Origin: Diadema antillarum
Lineage: Eukaryota
Reading direction: 5' to 3'
DNA length: 64,000 nucleotides
NCBI RefSeq assembly: GCF_040938485.1
Contig: NW_027270907.1
Location: forward strand, 1,302,001 to 1,366,000
The position numbers were made by a program, and so were the translations under genes. Positions 60,144 through 64,000 of the stretch are shown one piece after another (position 1 is the stretch's first letter; each line of letters begins with the position of its first letter). Below the pieces are notes generated by a model. It was not told the DNA's origin. It was given only the letters and a program-made list of their open reading frames with translations, and ran no database searches.

Positions 60144-61513
60144 TTAAAGAAAAAAAGAGGTTTGCTTCGTTCTGTGTTATAGCTACCGATTTCTTCATAC
60201 ATTTAAGAATTTGGCAAAACTATCTTCCGATAACGAATATGGCAAATGGGGCCAATATAAGATTCACTGCAAACTTGTACGTACTGTCATTTCCAAACTT
60301 TTGTTCTTATATTTAAAGAAAAAGCACTAAGATATTTTTAAGTGTGAATGTGATTAAATGGAATAGAGTTTATCTGAAAATTTTGTAAAGCAGAAGTTTC
60401 AGAAAAAATCCAAATAAAAACAATGAAAAGTTATAGTTTGTATGATAGAGAAAACGTTCACCGAATGGGGTTAGCATGGTAGGCAATTACTAGTGGTTTA
60501 TAAAAGCCCAAACTTCCGTCGTATGAAGGTTCTGCATACATCTTTACTGAATTGTTTTTTTAACGTAAGCAAAAAATCTCACGCATGAAACTATGTTTAA
60601 TGGTCCATCAATTATAACAATCAAAGGTACAAGGTCTATAGCTGCTCTTCCATGGGCGACAAATATGATTTTTGTATTTTTCAAGGTAAATAGAACTTGA
60701 AGCCTTCAAGAAGTTTCACAAAACCTTCGAGACTTAGCACGTGAAGAATTTTTGCAATTTCAATTCCAACACCAAATCAGACCAGAGAAATGTAGCAATA
60801 TCGAGAAGTAAAGGTAAGTTTTATCATTTGATATTTAATTCCACAAATTCTCATTCGCGTGAGATTAAACCTTAGAAAAATCTTATTTTGAAGTACATTT
60901 TCTTGCAATTTCTATACAAGACGATCCTTGATATTAATTGTCGGTGTGCATTTCTTTGTTTAATTCTTGATTGTTTTGTTTGAACCTGTTATGTCGTGTT
61001 CTACGCCGTACAGAAATAAACAGGAACATAATTTACACTTATGGATTATGAAAATGCTCAAGGAGTGTTGCACTGTTCATTTTTTAAAGAATGGTGTTAT
61101 CGAATATTATCGAATATTGTTACACAAAAAAAAAAAATTGAAAATCGGACAATACACTCAACATTTATAATTTCTTCGTTTTTGGTTAATTTCCCGTTGC
61201 ACGCCGCACAATCCTATCAAGAAAGATGGGAACCCTACAGATACCACTGCAGTGGAACGTAATTTGATTCTCAAAGTCCATGATATTCATTTTGTCTATG
61301 ATTGACATATCCTGCTCGCTAGGGTCACTTTTTTCTTGTGACACATCCCTACCGGAATTAGGTGGTCCTGGTCGTTCAGAGATGACTTAGGAATGTTAAA
61401 CGGTATTCTACAGAGGGAAAGGTAAGAATGAATTCAAGGTGATATCCCGAGTTAGCTATATCGAGGCCCCATGGGGATAGAAAGGAGAAGAAATACAACT
61501 GTGTTGCAAGGAA

Positions 61514-61883
61514 CAGGACCGGCGGAGCGTTTTCAAAAGTAGGGGGGACACTTTCATGAGCTAACAACCAACAAAAAAAGGGGGGCCTACAGTGCAACTT
61601 CTAGTGCCACTTCAGGTCATCTTTCTCATTCCACTTCCGGGTTTCTTCAGCTGACAAGTAAAAAAGAAAAAAGGTCTTCAGCGCAAAAACATAACCTTAC
61701 TGCGCTGACACTTCAAGTTCTCTCTTTCTCTATAGTGCCACTTACGCACTTCCGGGGTAAAAAAAAAACAGTGGGGGCCCAAAGTGGTGACACTTTATGT
61801 ATTCCTTTGCATGGTGCAAAAAGTGGGGGCCCGGACCACCCCCCACCCCCACCCCCCCCCCCACCCCGGTTCCGCCGGCCATG
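61514..61883. mobile_element. GC-ended MITE with apparent 5-bp TSD
   Basis: Ends CAGGACCGGCGGA... / ...TTCCGCCGGCCATG; AGGAA on both flanks (61509-13, 61884-88). Confidence 0.6.
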
Positions 61884-63329
61884 AGGAATACATACTGCTA
61901 TCGATCGAGTGAAATCTTGCAAAGTTTGCTAAGCCACGCTGCAAACCACAACAGCTATGATGATATATGCACATCGTGACGTTGTAGCATAGGCTATCAT
62001 AAAAAGCTTTGCTTGAGGCATTATTAGCCGATTATCTTGCTAATTTGAATATTCATAAGGACTGGTCAAGAAATGTTTCCCGAAAAATTACAAGTGAGAT
62101 TTCAATATGTCATATCTTCTTAATTTCTTATGAGATTTTTGTCATTTTGGAATGTTCTGTAAGGAATCTTTTTTCTCTTTCTTTTAGAGTTTACTTATTT
62201 TGGGACGGACTTTCTCAATACAGGGAGAATGACTCTTATATTCAAATCAAGGCAAATTTGAATAAAGACTAATCTAAATTTTGTCAAAACTCGTCAATTA
62301 CAAGCAGCATTTTTCATTCAAAGAAAGGTGAATGCTGTGTGATGTGGCTGGAATATTTGTGACCGCACTTTACAATACACACGTGCGCATCGAAACGTCA
62401 CGCTGTTCATAAAGGCAATTCAGAAACAAACCTTATGATGTTCACGACAACTCGGATTGGAATATAAGCCAATTTGTGTATTGCGAAAAGTCATCAATTT
62501 CTATAGGTTTCTACTTTCTCAAAGAGACGGAGATTTTGTGTGATGTATTTTTAACCGCACTCCATACCCTCTTGCATACCGTGTAACGTGTATATCTTGG
62601 TTCACACCATAAAATAAAACATTGAACCAGCAACAAATAATTCATCTGACCGTCTCTATTATTTCTTTCACCTACGTCGTCTCTCCTTGTGTATTGTGTA
62701 TGATAATTCATGAAACACACATTAACACAACAGTGACAGCAGTTTATCTCTGACAAGAAACGGTCTCAATACGCCAACATTAATGCCAGACATCAAACTC
62801 ACATTGAGAAGCTCTGAAGGGGGTTAGCGAAGTTTTCGAAAACGAGCTTCATAAACGTCGCACCTGGTCTTCGAGAAGAATATAAATTATGCAAACGCAC
62901 ACGTGCAACGTCATTCACAAGAATCACAGTCACACCTGTCTAAAGCTGCCACACACATTCCAAGCGGCCGTTGTAGACAGGTGACCGCTATAGGACAGCT
63001 GGAAGCTAAGACGGACTTGACTGTATAATAGCAGTCTGAGAAGATTCATCTTATTTTGATTAAAGCACTGTGAAAGAAAAAAGAAAAGAAAAAAGGATGC
63101 ATTTCCTGAAGACCCAGGCCATAGGGTTATTTTTCTTTTTTTTCTTTTCTTCTTTTCTTCTTTCAGAAGGGAGTTTAACCAAAACGCAATTACATCTGGT
63201 TATTTGTGGCTAAAGAGTGTTTTACACGTGTGTCACCAACACTGTTTTCAAGCTTTCCAAGAACTTACACTCTCTCTCTCTCTCTCTTCCTATCCCTTTC
63301 TCTTTTTCTCTCTCCCTCCTAATTTACTG

Positions 63330-64000
63330 ACTCAGCATAACACTAGTCATCAGCCGACAATTCTTTTTATTTTGCTCCAATGTCGCTGTTATCTTGTTTA
63401 GTTCATCTTCTATCTGCAAGAAACTATGAACAAATACACACACACACATACACACACACACGCACACATACACACACACATACACGCGAGTTCATGAGGT
63501 TGTAAAGTTATAGAGTCATGCGCTGAGCGGCAGTCGTATTAAATCTAGCAGAAATAATCCTTATGAATTTCAACAGCGAGGACTTTTCCTTGCAAACAGA
63601 TGAAAAAGAGACATTCGAAATCTATGGAAATTACCTTCCATCAGATGTGAACCTTTTCATCTGCCCATCGTAACGAAGAAAAGATCCCCATTAGGGTTTG
63701 CTCTTGAAGCTATTGTTGTTTATGCTGGTACGGGGGTGGAATTATCCACGTTTCTGCCGCTGATATTGAGGTTTCGTTGGTGTTGTTGTTTTGTCATATG
63801 ATCAAAATTATCTGACTCAATAATCACAACCACTGCAACTATTTCAGTAGCGATGTTTTGCGCGGAGTTAAAAGCATTTGACTTTCTTAATAATCATGTA
63901 AGTGCATGAATCAATAATGGGTATTTTGCTCAACCTTCGTCACGTTGTCAATTCCGTGCACCCCTATACTCTCTTCAACTATTTACCACAAATTGTATTG
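63330..64000 (-). pseudogene. Upstream partner module, unit 8 (runs off window), closest to unit 7
   Basis: Minus-strand intron 63414-63634 (AAG|GTAATT...GTTTCTTGCAG|); last exon reads IEDELNKITATLEQIKRIVG*; fragments SNAFNSAQNIATEIVAVVVIIESDN and LMGIFSSLRWADEKVHI*. Confidence 0.6.

Overview
AT-rich eukaryotic genomic DNA, probably from a marine invertebrate deuterostome such as an echinoderm (inferred from repeat types and receptor style, not proven). The window is a tandem array of seven intact, same-strand, single-coding-exon rhodopsin-class (class A) GPCR genes (ATGs at 1029, 6217, 20399, 27796, 34981, 47889, 57646; 434-446 aa). Each has a signal-peptide-like start, a Ser/Thr-rich N-glycosylated ectodomain, a W(V/L)WQPITWS motif, and GN, LAxxD, ERY, (C/S)WGP (CLGP in copy 7) and N(S)CxNPIVY motifs. 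Upstream of genes 2-7 (gene 1's upstream region is outside the window), and again at the right window edge, lies a co-duplicated 1-2.3 kb module. It keeps minus-strand splice sites and fragments of a shared reading frame, which suggests a decayed or non-coding partner gene lying head-to-head with each receptor. Gene 4 looks like a gene3/gene5 chimera made by unequal crossing-over. Spacers are filled with transposon debris: a 4.9 kb Academ-like TIR element carrying an internal dimeric satellite, Harbinger-like and TTAA-flanked MITEs, RTE, L2 and CR1/L2 LINE fragments, a tRNA-SINE piece, a Gmr1-like Gypsy relic and a perfect 52-bp hairpin with two CRE octamers. I found no rRNA, complete tRNA or CRISPR array. 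All alignments and non-track translations were done by eye, so boundaries are approximate unless termini are quoted.
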